64,000 nt of DNA from Vitrella brassicaformis CCMP3155 (lineage: Eukaryota; Protista; Chromerida). Under the pieces are notes generated by a model, which did no database searches, had not been told where the DNA came from, and saw only the letters and a list, made by a program, of their open reading frames with translations. How positions within the stretch are numbered: position 1 is the stretch's first letter; the number at the start of each line of letters is the position of its first letter. Made by a program: the position numbers and the translations under genes. The stretch is taken from the NCBI GenBank assembly GCA_001179505.1, contig CDMY01000295.1:186001-250000 (forward strand). Direction: 5' to 3'. Positions 1 through 13,084 of this stretch are shown here, piece after piece.

Positions 1-1123
1 GCAGAAGGCTCTGGCGGCCCACATGGGGACCACCCTGGAGCGCGTCAAGCAGATCGGCGAGTCCATCACCGAGGCCAACCCTATGCTCGGACACCGCGGA
101 TGCCGACTCGGCATTGCGCTCCCGTACGTCACAGAGATGCAGGTGCGAAGGCGACACAGAGAGGCCGGAAACCTTCGCAATGGGCGTTTTCGTGTGGTGT
201 GGTGTGGTGTGGTGGTGGGGGTGCTTGTCAGACGCGCGCGATCATCGAGGCGGCCGTTGAGGTGTCCAAGGAGGGGTCTGAGGTGCTGCCCGAGATCATG
301 GTGCCGTTGGTGGCGACCAAGAAGGAGCTGGAGCACCAGAAGGGCCTCATCGACAAGACCGCACAGGACGTCTTCAAGAAGATGGGCAAGGAGGTCCCCT
401 ACAAGGTCAGCCACCCACCGACACACTAAGCTTCACATCAGATGGCCATAGACAGACACATCTGTGGTGTCGGTGTGGGTGTGTGCAGGTTGGCACGATG
501 ATCGAGTTGCCGCGTGCGGCCCTGCAGGCCGGCCAGATCGCCGAGTTCGCGGACTTCTTCTCGTTCGGCACCAATGACCTCACCCAGTGCACATACGGCA
601 TTTCGCGCGACGATGCTGGTCAGTCAGTCAGTCAGTCAGCAGACGAGCTCCACTCCACACACAGCGACGGACGCACCTCATGTGTATGTCTCTGTGTGTG
701 CAGGCCAGTTCCTGCCGCTGTACGTTGAGGGCGTCTTCTTCGAGTCGACGCACAGCAACATGCAGGTCTTCGACTTTGAGCCCTTCCAAACACTCGACCA
801 GGTACACCCCTCCCTCCCTCCCTCCCTCCCTCTTTCCCTCCCCCAACAGACACAACACACACACACACACACTCCTCTCTCTCTCTCTGTCTGCAATGCC
901 GCAGGACGGTGTGGGTGAGCTGATGAAGATCGCCCGGGAGCGCGGCCGCCGCACCAACCCCCACCTGCACCTCGGCATCTGTGGCGAGCACGGCGGCGAG
1001 GGCCGATCCGTCAAGTTCTGCCACGAAATCGGGCTCGACTACTGCAGCTGCTCGCCCTTCAGAGTCCCCGTGGCGCGACTCGCTGCTGCACAGGCTGCCG
1101 TCGAGGGGCAGAGCAAGAAGTAG
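1..1123 (+). CDS. PPDK: Pyruvate phosphate dikinase, C-terminal exons (5' part outside window)
   Basis: Spliced translation gives [43 protein letters not shown] and [24 protein letters not shown] introns join the pieces; TAG at 1121-1123. Confidence 0.95.
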
Positions 1124-1199
1124 ACAGACAAGTAGACAAGTAGACTGGCAGAGAGACGAGTAGACAGGCAGAGAAGTGAGGGAGGGGACATAGTAGAGT

Positions 1200-3150
1200 T
1201 TTGAGAGGGAGGGAGGGATGCCTGACATGTGCGTGCGTGTGCGTGTGTGTGCGTGCGTACTGATGAGGTAGTTGCGTGGGGGTCCGGGGCGTGTCTACTG
1301 ACTCCCGGACGAACAGACAGGAACTATCTCTGAGGGGGCGGGAGAGAGAGGGGAGGGACCATCGTCCATCGGTTGACAAAGAGATCGATGGCGCATGGGG
1401 GAAGGTGGGGAGGGGAGGGGGCATGTAGGCCAATTCGCTGCATGGACAGACAGACAGAGAGACAGAGACACCACCACCGCCAGCAGCAGCAGCAGTAGTA
1501 GCCGCCCACTCGCTCGAGATTGATCGGTACGGTAGATGCGTGTTGTCACCCACCCATACGGTAGCTGGCTTTCTCCGCCCTTGCGTTGATGCTGCCTCGA
1601 TGCGGTGCCCTTGAGTGGCCTTTTTCTGTTGATACCGTCTGCTTGTTGCTGCAATTCTCTGCGTGTGGTTGCTGGCTTCAGAGGGTCTGCTCGGGCCCCC
1701 TGACGCCTTCACGTCGATATGCGACCCATATCGATGTGGTGACGTCGGGGGCGCCTGGCTCGGAGAACCTCTGGAACGCACCAAACCCACGCGGCGAGAG
1801 ATGACACGACCTACACGAGCCGCTCATCATTTTTCCTGCCTAGTACTTATCTTCCTGACTTAATGATTTGCCTTCATTCATTCTCCGCCTTTGACAGACA
1901 CTGACACACAAACAAACGTTTGTTGCGTTGTGATTTTTCCACCCCCATATGTATGTGTGTTTGTGAACGAATCGCCAAGAGGGGGCACTTTTTCTTGGAT
2001 GGACGGATGGATGCACTCTCTGTCTGGAGGGAAGCGCGGATTCACTTGCGTCATTTATACTTGCAACACACCCACACCCTTCCACTCACTGTTCTCGCAA
2101 CCAACCACACGTGTGGATGGTTCTCTTTTTCGGCTGGGTGGCGTGGGACGGCGTCGCGGCTTGCCAGACAGACATGCGCGGCTCGCCCGCCCCTCCGCCC
2201 CGATCACACAAGCGACGGACGGACGATGAGCGGCGATCGAACAAACGATACCGTTTTCTTCTTTTTCCTCCATGAATGTGCTCGTGCGTGTGTTGTGTTT
2301 TGTGCTGTGAGGGTGGTAAGACAGACAAGGCGGCGGTAGGTCTTTCGTCTTTGCAGTGATGGATAGATTGATCGATGCGGTGGGGGGGTGGGTGGCTTAG
2401 CGAAGTTGCTGACGGGGGAAGAGAGTTTATGAGTTGGTCGGGTGCATGTGTGCTCACCTGTGTGTGTCTCTCCCCGGCTATGTTGATGCGCCGGTGATGA
2501 TGTGTGAGCACCTGGCAGAAGAGCCCTCGCCCTCTTTCCGAGGTGTATAGTCTCGGTTGTTTCTACGTCCATGGCTGTCGACTCAACACTCGCACATCCC
2601 ACACGATGCTGCGAGCGTTTCGTCACCAGCCTGCGGCAGAGAAACAGCCGAGACGTCCAACCAAAGGCAGGGAAGAGAGTGAGATGGCCCCGACAGCGCA
2701 GTGCGGAACATTCAGCTAGCTCGTCGCGGCTCAGTTGGTGTAGGTACGTTGCTCTTGGCACGTTTTTCCGCGAGAGCCGAAAATTTAAGAGGGGAGAGCC
2801 GGTGGACGACGGAGGCACACTTGTAGACAAACGCGGTGGCACGAAATGGACCGAGTGAAGTGACGTGATGTGTGACATGTTCGCGTGTGGAAGCTGGCTT
2901 GAACCACCATCGCGATCAACAACACATTGATGAACGGAGCACATTTCAGATAAAGCAACACGAATGGTTGCATTCGGTCCTGCAACACACGTGTGAGCTC
3001 TGTTCGATCGGTCGGGCACAGGCGAGATAGTTCTCATTCCGCGTCTGCCTGGTACGCCGAGAGGCCACTCTGTCACGATGGTCTCCCAGAAAACCGAACC
3101 GCCACGCAACGGGAACCACCCCAGTCGGCCACCGCTGCTACAGACCCAAG
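1200..3150 (-). CDS. Possible multi-exon hypothetical gene
   Basis: Several exon-like open stretches (e.g. RATYLHQLSRDELAEC...DVETTETIHLGKRARALLPG) separated by microsatellite intron-like tracts. No recognisable domain; boundaries are a guess. Confidence 0.25.
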
Positions 3151-3271
3151 CCGCACCAAACACGGGTCGGTTGGCACCTCCTCTCCCCACCATGCATGAT
3201 AGAATGACTGAAAAACCTCATCTAGGTCTACACACCACTAACTGCACCCCTCCCCCATCTCTCTGTGTCTA

Positions 3272-4034
3272 TCACCGCCCTACGGCCGCCCCCCTCCCCC
3301 CACCAGCACCACTGCCGGCAGATGACGGCCTGGATGGCGGCAGCATGAAGAAGAAGGCCACCAAAGCCCCAATCAGGCCCTTCAGCTGGAACAGCATCAC
3401 TGCAATCGCCACCAGAATCAGAAACACCCACGGCACCAACACGGAAGGGAAGCCCGCGAAAGCTGGCGTCACCAGGCCGCCCTGTCATCGAATCAATCGC
3501 AACACACAGCCGAGAGTGGAGTGGCTGGTATGGCCATGCATGCCGCAACATGCATATTGCGTCGTGTCTGATGGCTGACCTGCAGTTGGGTGAGTCCGGT
3601 GTTTTCTCGTATCCAGTCTTGGAGCTTGACGAGCGGCCCGGTCTCGCCGCCAAGGACGGGCGCGCTCATCGATGATGGCCTCGATGAGGCGTTTCGCGCT
3701 GCCGAGGGCTGTGAGGATGATGCCGCCCTTGACGAGCCGAACAAGCCGCCGCCCTGCTCAGCACCGCTGCCTGCGCCACGCAAACGGCAGTTTGTGCTGG
3801 GCATATCATGTGGTCTGACAGACCGACTGACCTGTGTGGAAGTCGCTTGACGAGCGGAACTGCCCCGGGCCGCTCGACGAGCCCCTCTCGCCACCTGCAG
3901 CAACAATAAAGCACCAAACACATGACCGATGGACGCAAACCAGGCGTGTCCTCCTGTGGCCGACCTCTGGCTTTCGCCTTCTTCGCCCGCGGGTCGTTGT
4001 CAGGCACTATCTCGCCATCGATAATGACCACCAT
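3272..4034 (-). CDS. FAM241: FAM241/DUF4605-like small membrane protein (about 4 exons)
   Basis: N-terminus MVVIIDGEIVPDNDPR resembles the FAM241 start (MVRILANGEIVQDDDPR, recalled). Then a Gly/Ser-rich linker and a C-terminal hydrophobic hairpin VLVPWVFLILVAIAVMLFQLKGLIGALVAFFFM. Confidence 0.65.
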
Positions 4035-4216
4035 CGAACACAGCGCCCGCTTGCAGCGAAAGTCTGAGTGCTTTCCGACAATGTGGGAGGATGCAGACTT
4101 CAGCGGGCCACAACGGTCTGTCTACTTCTTCCGGGGAGATCTGTGGCTTTGAGCGCGCGAAACTTGGCGATCGCTGGCGAAGCGAGGAACTGAGCTGTTC
4201 ACGCAAAACTTGGTCA

Positions 4217-7200
4217 ATGACGTCATCCGCTGAGGTTGTCTGTGCTGCAATATGTATGCTGCTGCTGCCGCTGTGCTCGCCCGCCACAACCATCCCCTCC
4301 TTCCTGACTCAGCATACTCATCCCTACCGCAGGCGGCCGCAGCGGCTCCGATCTTCCTCTCTGCACATGAAGTATGGCGAGCCGTGGCAATGGAGCTCGC
4401 CAACGCCGACCGCAGCATCAGCAGGTGTCGTGGCTCAGCTCAAGACCGCCTTGGAGTCGTCAGTGGACAGTGCGCGGGGTGCCCTTTCCTCTCTCGGTGA
4501 CAGCTGGAACGCTCTGGTGTCGTCAGCAGTACCCAAGATGACAGGTGCGTCGGGCGGTGGAGCGGTCGACCTTATCAAAGCGGAGGAGGCTCTGAAGCAG
4601 AAGATAGCCGCTTCGATGGATCTTGACCCCTCCACCGTCCAGATCGACCCCTCGTCGCCGTTCATCACTGTGCGAGAGCAGCTGGTGGACCTTCTATCCA
4701 ACATCCCGCCCGAGCTCAACATCGACACGAGCGGCTTTCGGGAGACGACGCTGGCAACGCTGGACTTCTACAACTGGCTGTGGTCGGTCTACCCCATCCC
4801 CAACAAGGCCGAGATCAAGAACGCCCTCGTCTTCCTCGCGCAAGCCGACGCGGCAGCCGTGGCGCTCGATCTCGTCTTGGGCGGCATCTTTGTCTACAGC
4901 CTGACCAAGGGCTTCGGCAAAGGCAAGTTGTCGGCCGACGACGGCCCGCCGCCCAGATACAACATAACCGACTACGAGCGCTTCTTTGCGCAGAGGCGCG
5001 ATGTGGTGACCGACAGAGTGACGGAACTTCTGTGGCGGGGTGGTGGCTTGGCTTGGAAGATCTGGCGGGACACCAAGGGCAGGGACTACGAGACGAACGA
5101 GCCCAAGCGGGCGCAGGAGCTCCGTGAGCTCATCACCGACCTCGGCCCTGCCTTCATCAAGATCGGGCAGGGTGTGTCGGTCAGGCCCGACCTACTGTCC
5201 GAGACCTATCTAAGAGAGCTGCAGAAGCTACAAGACCGCGTGCCTCCATTTGGTGCCGATGAGGCCAAGCAGGTCCTCTTGAAGGAGCTGCAGGCAGCCG
5301 GCGGCAGCCCTGATCAGACACTGGAGGACTACTTCGAGGACGTTTCGGTGTTCGATGAGCCGGTTGCGGCGGCGTCGCTCGGTCAGGTGTACAAGGCCAA
5401 GTGGAAGCGGACGGGCAAGACCGTGGCTGTCAAGATCCAGCGGCCTGACCTGCTGGCCAAGTGCTCACTCGACTTGTTCGTTATACGGAAGGCACTGAGT
5501 CTTGGGGCGGCGGCGAGCTTCCTGCCCAAGCGGACACGCGACAGCTGCCGATCCTTTGGAAAGGTCATCGACAACGCTGGCGCGAGATTCATCGGTAGGT
5601 ACTCCACACAGACGGTCACACACACACAGACGGGTTGCAGGGCGATGATGACATGGCCTCTGTCTCTCTGTCTGTGGTTGGTTCATTCATTCAGAGGAGC
5701 TGGATTACATGAAGGAGGCGGCGAACCAGCGTCGTTTCAAGGAGGAGGTGGAGGCCAACGCCCTGCTGGACGGGTCCATCGTGGTGCCGGGTGTGGTCAA
5801 GGCCTCCCAGTTCGTGCTGGTGACCGAGTGGATCGACGGCCAGAAGCTGACGGACCTCTCCATCAAGGAAGACGACACACCGGCCACCAAGGCTGACAAG
5901 GAGGTGGTGCTCGAGAAGGTTGTCAAGAGCCTGCTCAACTGCTACTTGGTCCAGCTGCTAGAGACGGGATGGCTTCACGCTGACCCGGTGAGCGCAGGGA
6001 GTGGAGGGGAAGAGAGGGAGGGGGAGGGAGAGACGGAAATATGGATGGATGGATGGATGGTGCTTCCCCTGTGTCGTTGTCAGCATCCGGGGAATTTTCT
6101 AAGAACTGCGGATGGTCGATTGTGCGTTCTGGACTTCGGCCTCATGACGGAGATAAAGCCTGACCAAAGGGTAATGACCCACCGACACACTCAGACATAT
6201 CCCGGCATTTGTGTCGACAGCATCTCACAGAGCATACCATGCATCCTCGGCTATCTCTCGTCATGTCTGTCCTGACAGGTGGCTTTGGTCGAGTACGTGG
6301 CGCATCTGTCCGCCAGGGACTACGACAAGGCGCTGAACGACCTGATCACTCTGGGCTTCATCCCGCCAGAGATCGGCGCCGACCCCGAGAAGCGCGCCAT
6401 CGTCGTGCCCCTCCTGTGAGTAACCAGCACACAGGCCACACAACCGGACACATGTTCTGTCTTGATCATGTGGCGTGCCTGCTGTCAGGTCGAATGTGCT
6501 TGGCCAGCTGGCCAATGGCGGTGGCGCTTCGGGCATCAATGTGGAGTCTGTGGGGCGAGACGTGGAGGAGCTGTCCAAGCAATACCCCATCTCCATCCCT
6601 TCCTACTTCGGCCTGATTGTCCGTGCATTCGGCACACTCGAGGGGCTCGGGCTGGGCCTCGACAAGCAGTTCTCCATCCTTTCGGTAAGTCGGTCTGTGG
6701 GTGGTCGGAGGGCCTGAGCGTGATTATGTGACCTGTGTGTGTGTGTGTGTGTGAATCCACCACAGGAGTGTCTGCCATATTTGGCCAAGCGCTTGCTCAC
6801 CGACGACTCGCCACGAGTACGGGAGGCTCTCAGGTCCTTCCTATACGGCAAACAGAACTACCTCGACCCGGAGCGCGTCAACCAAATCCTCCAGGTACAC
6901 ACACACACACACACACGCACACACGCACACACACACACACACGCACACACACCGACCCCCCCACCCTCAAAACCCAATGCTTGTGTCCGTCCATCGATCC
7001 ATCAGGGGTACACGTCATTCACGCTCGACGTCACCGATCCGTCGACCTTCCTGGGTGCGGGTCTGAGCGAGGAGCAGCAGGAGCAGGTCCTCACCGCCAC
7101 CGGACAGCGCGCCAGGCCTCCCCCAGGCAGCCCGCAAGCACGGGCATCCGAGACACTCGCCAACAGACTCGCCGCATTCCAGGTCAGTGAGTGAATGGCT

Positions 7201-8013
7201 GGGCCTGTGAGTGATGAGGGAGGCACATTCATGTCACTGTCTCGTGGCTCAGGTCGATGAGACGACGAAGGAGCTTTTGGAGATCCTTCTGGCGCCCGAG
7301 GGGAACTTTGTGCAGGATTTGGTGCTCGACGAGGCCGTGAGGCTGACAGACGCCGTCACACGGACCACCGCTGGCGGGGCGGCCAGGGCTGTCCGGTCGG
7401 CCACTGACTCCATCCAGCAGCAGTTCACAAGTGAGTGAACGAGACAGGGGTCGCCTCAGTCAATACGCAAGCAACACTCATGCTGTGCCTTGCTTGTGTG
7501 TTGATGCGTTCGTTCATTGCATCAGACCTGAGCCCCGCAGCGCTCTTCCTGCTGCCCATCCTGCCGCAGGCCACCGTGGCCAACGCCATCTCACGCTCTG
7601 TGGAGGAGCTCAACCAGCCCACAGAAGAAGACGCCAAAACCATCCAAACCGCACAGCAAGTCCTGCGGGCCATCGCACCCAACGCCCTCACCACCTCCCT
7701 GAGACGGCAGCTGGCGCCAACGGCACTGAGGAACTTCCAGCCAGCAGAAGACGACGACCGACGGCGGGCAGACGGCAGGAATCGGCGGCCGACGTTCGTG
7801 CAGACGCTCGAGAGGGCGCGCGAGAGAAGGAGGGAGAGGCGGCGGTTGGCTTTGGCGCAGCTGAATGCGCTGCAGGAGGTGTCGAGGGTGCTGAATGACC
7901 TCTCGCCGGGCATCACGACCGTTGTTGACAAGTTTGCGCGGAAGCTGACACGGAGGGTGCTGCAGCGGCTCGCCAACGATCTGCTGGCGGGGAAGGAGGA
8001 GGGCAAGAGGTGA
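4217..8013 (+). CDS. ABC1/UbiB atypical protein kinase, probably plastid-targeted (about 9 exons)
   Basis: LGPAFIKIGQ..SVRPDLL, PVAAASLGQVYKA, VAVKIQRP, spliced HADP|HPGN, VLDFGLM. N-terminal hydrophobic stretch followed by a Ser/Arg-rich segment looks like a bipartite leader. Confidence 0.92.
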
Positions 8014-8770
8014 CGATGGATGGATGTAGAGTGGATCCGCGTGGTTGCGTCGATGACTTTGTCGGTGTGTATAGAACAGAGACAGCGGGATCCACCCCGC
8101 TGATGGATGGATGGAGCGGCCTCATTGAGTTTCTGTCAGTCAATGTAGCGCTAACCCCCCTCGCCCCCCTCGCCAGTGTACAGCCCCCTGATGCATGGCA
8201 TCCAGTTTTGACGGATCTTTCTCTCTGTGCATGTGTATGTGTGTGTGTGTTGTGTCTGCCACCCGACGTTTTGTCTTTTTTGTCCCGTCGTCCATGTGGA
8301 CGGATGGCTGCCTCAGTGCCCGTCCGTGTGTGCATACGATGCGACTTTCGACGACCGATTTTTCCTTCATATGTGTGCGGCGTGCGTGATGTGTGCGTTC
8401 TGCAAAGCAGTGTTGTGTGTGTGTTGTGTGCGTTGTGTATGTGTGTCTGACTCGCTCGTCTTTGAATGCAGCGAGCGGACCAAGTCAGTCAGTGTCTGCG
8501 TGCGTTGACACGTACGTCAATGTGTGTGTGTCTACCAACCAACCGCTCATACGCAGCCAAGCGTGAAAAACTCAGCCCGTCCTCAGACACACACAGACAC
8601 AGACTCCTACACTCCTACTCATCCCTCTTGTTCGATAAAGCCCCTTATATCACTCACACACACGCATCCAGGTGTCCTGATTGATGACCTATCCATCCGT
8701 CCATCCGTCCACCCGTCCGTGCCCTTTCGCCCCTTTCACACACGATCACTACGATCAATCTCTAACTTCA

Positions 8771-9142
8771 CTACTTCATAGTGGGCAGGTAGGAGGCCAC
8801 GCCCTCGCTCGTCGGCTTCATGCCCTTGGCGCCCTTGGTCCAGTTGGCGGGACACACCTCGCCCACACTCTCGTGGTGCTGCAATGCATCCACCATGCGC
8901 AACGCCTCGTCCACCTGCACACACACATACGGAGGCAGGAAGTGTGTCTGTCTTTGTTGCTTGAGCCGGCCCTCCCTCACCGATCTGCCCAGTGGGAGGT
9001 CGTTGATGACTGCGTGTCGGACGACGCCCTGCTTGTCGATGAGGAAGAGGCCACGCAGTGCCACGCCCTCAGACGGCAGCAGCACCTGGTACTTGTCGGC
9101 GAGCTCCTTCTTGACGTCGGCCAGCAGCGTGTACTTGATGGG

Positions 9143-9178
<36 letters not shown>

Positions 9179-9637
9179 GACACACAGACACATGTGGCAG
9201 CATCAGATCTGGTGCTTCGCCGTGGTCGCCGTGGCCGCCTCCCTCCCTCCCTCACCCGATGCCTCCCTTGTTGAGTGGCGTGTCCCGCCATGCGTGGTGG
9301 ACGAACTTGCTGTCGATGCTGCACCCTATCACCTCAACATTGCGGCTCTGCACAGTGACAACAGCCAGACAGCCAGACACACAGACAGACAGTCGCATGT
9401 GGTGACTGACAGATCCATCGCATCGATGCGCACCGCACCCACCTGAAATTCGGCTATCTTTTGGTCAAAGGCGACGATCTCAGACGGGCAGACGAAAGTG
9501 AAATCCAGAGGGTAGAAGAATAGCACCACGTATTTCTTGCCCTTGAACGAGGACAAAGACACTTGGTCGAAGGAGCCGTCGGGCAGGACGGCATCCGCGA
9601 CGAAGTCCGGAGCTGCACGGGAGACCAATGACGCCAT
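8771..9637 (-). CDS. Typical 2-Cys peroxiredoxin (thioredoxin peroxidase), 4 exons
   Basis: [15 protein letters not shown] (peroxidatic Cys), [40 protein letters not shown] (resolving Cys). Confidence 0.97.
9148..9190. repeat. Representative intronic (CA)n microsatellite; dozens of (CA/GT)n, (GACA)n, (GGAT)n and (GGGA)n tracts occur across the window
   Basis: Direct reading, e.g. also 850-870, 6895-6950, 41458-41474, 42775-42822. Confidence 0.95.
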
Positions 9638-10170
9638 AGAGAATGGAATCTGATTCGACTTTGTGGACAGGCGAGCCGAGGGTATGAAACCCTGCACACC
9701 GAACCCTGGCATGGGGGCGTCTCGGGGTTGCGGATGTTGTAGCGCGGTCCACGTTTGACGATGTTTTCGTGGACAGACGCATGGAAGGCGACTCTGGAGG
9801 AGGTGACTTGGGCCAGGACAAGAAGCAAGAGAACCGTCGAATCGGCGTCGATGCGTTCTGTGAACTGTGTTTGTTTTCGAAATCGGCCTGCAGCTGGAGA
9901 AAGAATCGGAGAACAGGAAGGCGGACAAAGGAGAGTCGAGGGCCCTCCCCAAAGATCTCACCAAATGGATCAAGGTACTGTATAAGGCAGCATTTCTTGC
10001 CTCCGCGCTTCCAAGGGCGCTTCATTCGTCGCCGCGTGTCGCGACATTCAATTTGCCACGTGAATGCTGCAGGCTCGTGTGGATGCCCCAGCGGAGCACC
10101 TTTCGACGAAGCCAACCATGGCAGGGCCCGCACACGGCGCAGAGCAGGTACCTACGTACCATGCGCGTTC

Positions 10171-12581
10171 ATGATGAGAATCTGGGTCGAGGTCCGGCGG
10201 CAGGTGTTCCGTCCTCCCTCTCTGTCTATTGCGCAGATCCCTGGCGCTCTACGTGCTGAATGCAAACTCCCGACCATCGAAAAACTCCCAGTAAGCGAAT
10301 TCCAAGTCTTGCAAGTAACACTCTATCTCCATCCCTGCTGCAGGCCTCGCTCCGTTTGTCCCGCGAGTTGTTGGCGCGCATCTTTGGCTTCCAGCCGATC
10401 GAAGAGCTCGCTCGGCTGCGGCAAGGGCTTGGAGTGCGTCTGTACGTCCAGGCGACAGCTGGATACACCCACCTGACGATCACCGCCGACCGATGGGCAG
10501 CTTCCTGCACATTCCTGGGGAAGGGGGCGACTGTGTGGGAGAAGATGTCGGTGGCCGCGGCCTTTGCCCTCGGGCAGCGTGCGACTCGTCTGAAGGAGCT
10601 GACAGTGCTGTATCCTGCTTTCAAGTACCGGTATTGGTGTTGTGGCGTCAAGGACGAGGACCTCACGTGGTGCATGGACAAGTGGGTCTCGATCGTGGAG
10701 GGCAACGCAACGCCTCGGAAGCCAGGGAAGGCCCCGGGCCAGAAGGGGACCGTCTCGTCGGCGGCCAGTCTGGAGGTGCTCCGCTTTCAAGAGCGGAAAA
10801 GTGTTGTGAGGCGTCGAAGCGAGGCGGAGTCCCTTCCCCCCCTTCGGTCGTCTCCCCTCCACCTCCCCGCCCTCAAGAGCATCGTCGGCATACACGCCTG
10901 CGTCGCGAGGACTCTTGCAGATCGCCGATGGCTGGCCCCTGCCCTGTCCACACTCACCTTTCAGGGTAGCAACCTGGTCTATGAGCGCAGTGGGGTGGAG
11001 TACTTCATCTCCAAGAGCGATGGCAGCCTGGCGGTGCTCGATTATAACGATTACGACGATAGATGGACGGAGGCGAAGCAGAGCATCTCCGACATGCTCC
11101 GGGCTGTCCACAGGTCGGTCCACGGCAGTTTCTCGCTTGCGCAGACCGCCAGCCTTCTTAGTGTCCTGCCGAAGGGCCGCGTGCTGGCGCAACTCCGGCG
11201 CCTGTGGCCGATCGACGTGCACCGTGTTCACGATGCTGCGGACGCATGGGAGCTTAGGAAGGTGCTCTATGAGCGAGGGTGCCGCAAGGCGCTTGCTGGG
11301 CTCGAGCTGAGGTTTCAAGTGAAACAGCTGAGCAAGAGCGATATCCCCCTTGTCGAGTCGATCGCAGCCCTCGTGTAAGGGCACAAAGACAGCGACGCAT
11401 TGCCATGCGTGATACATGGATGATTGGCTGGCTGCATTGAGTCGTGTCTGGTTGCCGATGAGTTGTCGAAGCCGCAACTGAAGGGCATTTGCGTCCTGAA
11501 TTACCACGATATCTACTGGAATCATCTGCAGGTGATTCAACTACACCTTTCGGTGGGCTCGTCTACTATGCATTGCCTGTGCAGATGGATGCCGAGCTGG
11601 CCTTGTGGGGCCTCACCCAACCACCGATCGTCAAACAAGTCGTCAACAGTATGCGAAAATCAACAGAGACACAGAGCGCTGCACGACAAAGACACAGACA
11701 TCTGAATGTGTGCGTGTGCAGCGTTTGCGAGCATCGCCAAGCGCGTCGTGTACGTCCAGTCACCGGCTGCTGTCCCCTCCTCCCATACTCCAGCCGATAT
11801 TGCCGCTCTCAATTTCAAGGAGGGGCTGAGCTTCCACCTGGACAGCGATGGAGACATGCCCAAAGATGAGATTACCGTGGCGACTGGCATCGCATGCAGA
11901 CTCTCAAAGTAAGGGCGAGGAGACACAAGATGGCTAGCACCCCTTGCTGAGATGCCTGTGTGTCTTGTCTCGTGTGCTGTCATTCACACAGGCTGCACAT
12001 GGTCGTTTTCCGTGGCGCTGATGGGAGTTCAGGCGCCTCTCCGATCGTGGCGAGACGATTTCTGTCTGCGCTCGAGTTGGCTTCTCCCCCTGGCAGCGCG
12101 CCATCCTCATCGAGAGACTCCTCCCCCAACCGAGTGGTGGGGACGGTGGATATCAAGGCGGCGGCATCCTCCCTCGGCGAGCTCAACTGGGGAGAGCATG
12201 ACAAGCGCGACGAAGGCCTACCCACCATCAAAAGGATCAACATCGAGGTTGTAGGTACGGCCAAGTCAGGGAATCCTCCAATCATATAGGTGACGTCGCA
12301 TGTCTCTTTCAGGCGACCTGCCGGAGGGGATGTCTGTCGAGGCCTTCGAATGTGCGCTGGTTGAGACGATGCTGTCTCTCAAGTCGCTCAACGGCTGCAA
12401 GACCGTGGAGGCCAACGTGAAAGACCAAACTGCTGCATTCTACGAGGATCTCAAGGCGCAGTGCGATGACGAACAATCGTGCCTCTCGCGGGCCGACCTG
12501 CCGTCGAGTGTAAAGGCGATATACCTCCCGCAGTCTTGGAGGAACTATTTCACACTGAGAGGTACGCGCGGAAGGGAATGA
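10171..12581 (+). CDS. Unnamed lineage-expanded family, paralog 1 (F-box-like N-terminus plus LRR-like blocks); appears intact
   Basis: Long open exon (ORF 10260-11378). Shares ordered motifs with loci 30669-33773 and 38129-40257: LSRELLARIFGF, WEKM..A.ALGQR..RLKEL.V.YP, WC...WVSIVEG, LEVLRF, LPAL, W..PAL, LPTIKRI. Start codon inferred from in-frame splicing. Confidence 0.7.
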
Positions 12582-13084
12582 ACGTGGGAATGAGTGGCGG
12601 CCATAATGTCATTCGTTTTCCTACGTTTCCAGTTGGAGAAAGCTATTACTTTGAGTCCGACTGGCGGTGACACGATGCTGGTGAATGGATACGGCAGACA
12701 GATGACATGGTCTTGACTAAGCGTGACGCAGACGAGAAAGGACGAAGAAAGCGAATTCCAATCTAAAATTGATAAGCCTGACTGTTTCGTATTTGACCGC
12801 GAATGTGGATGTGTGTTGAGCATGGTGCACGCGTCGATGGTGAGGTGAACATAGCACGTCAGCACACGGCATTCAGCATCGATTGAAGGCCACACGAAAC
12901 AAATACAGGTCAACTCACATCCACAACGAAAAACAGTAGTCCAGTCCTCTCCTCTGTCACAACATCCGACCATCCGCACACTCCTCTCCCCCCCTGCCCC
13001 CTCCGTCCCTCATACAATCCCCAGTGGGACGAACAGCCCCGTCCTCGACAGGCGCCCGAGCTGCGGCCACGCAAACTGGCAATC

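Noticed and set aside
9638-9973. N-terminal targeting extension of the peroxiredoxin
   Set aside because: The frame is open upstream to a TTG/GTG-type start, but there is no in-frame evidence favouring it over MASLVSR. Left unresolved.
10323-11540. Long antisense ORFs (also 20151-21545, 50617-51549 and others)
   Set aside because: They are shadows of GC3-rich coding exons with no motifs of their own.
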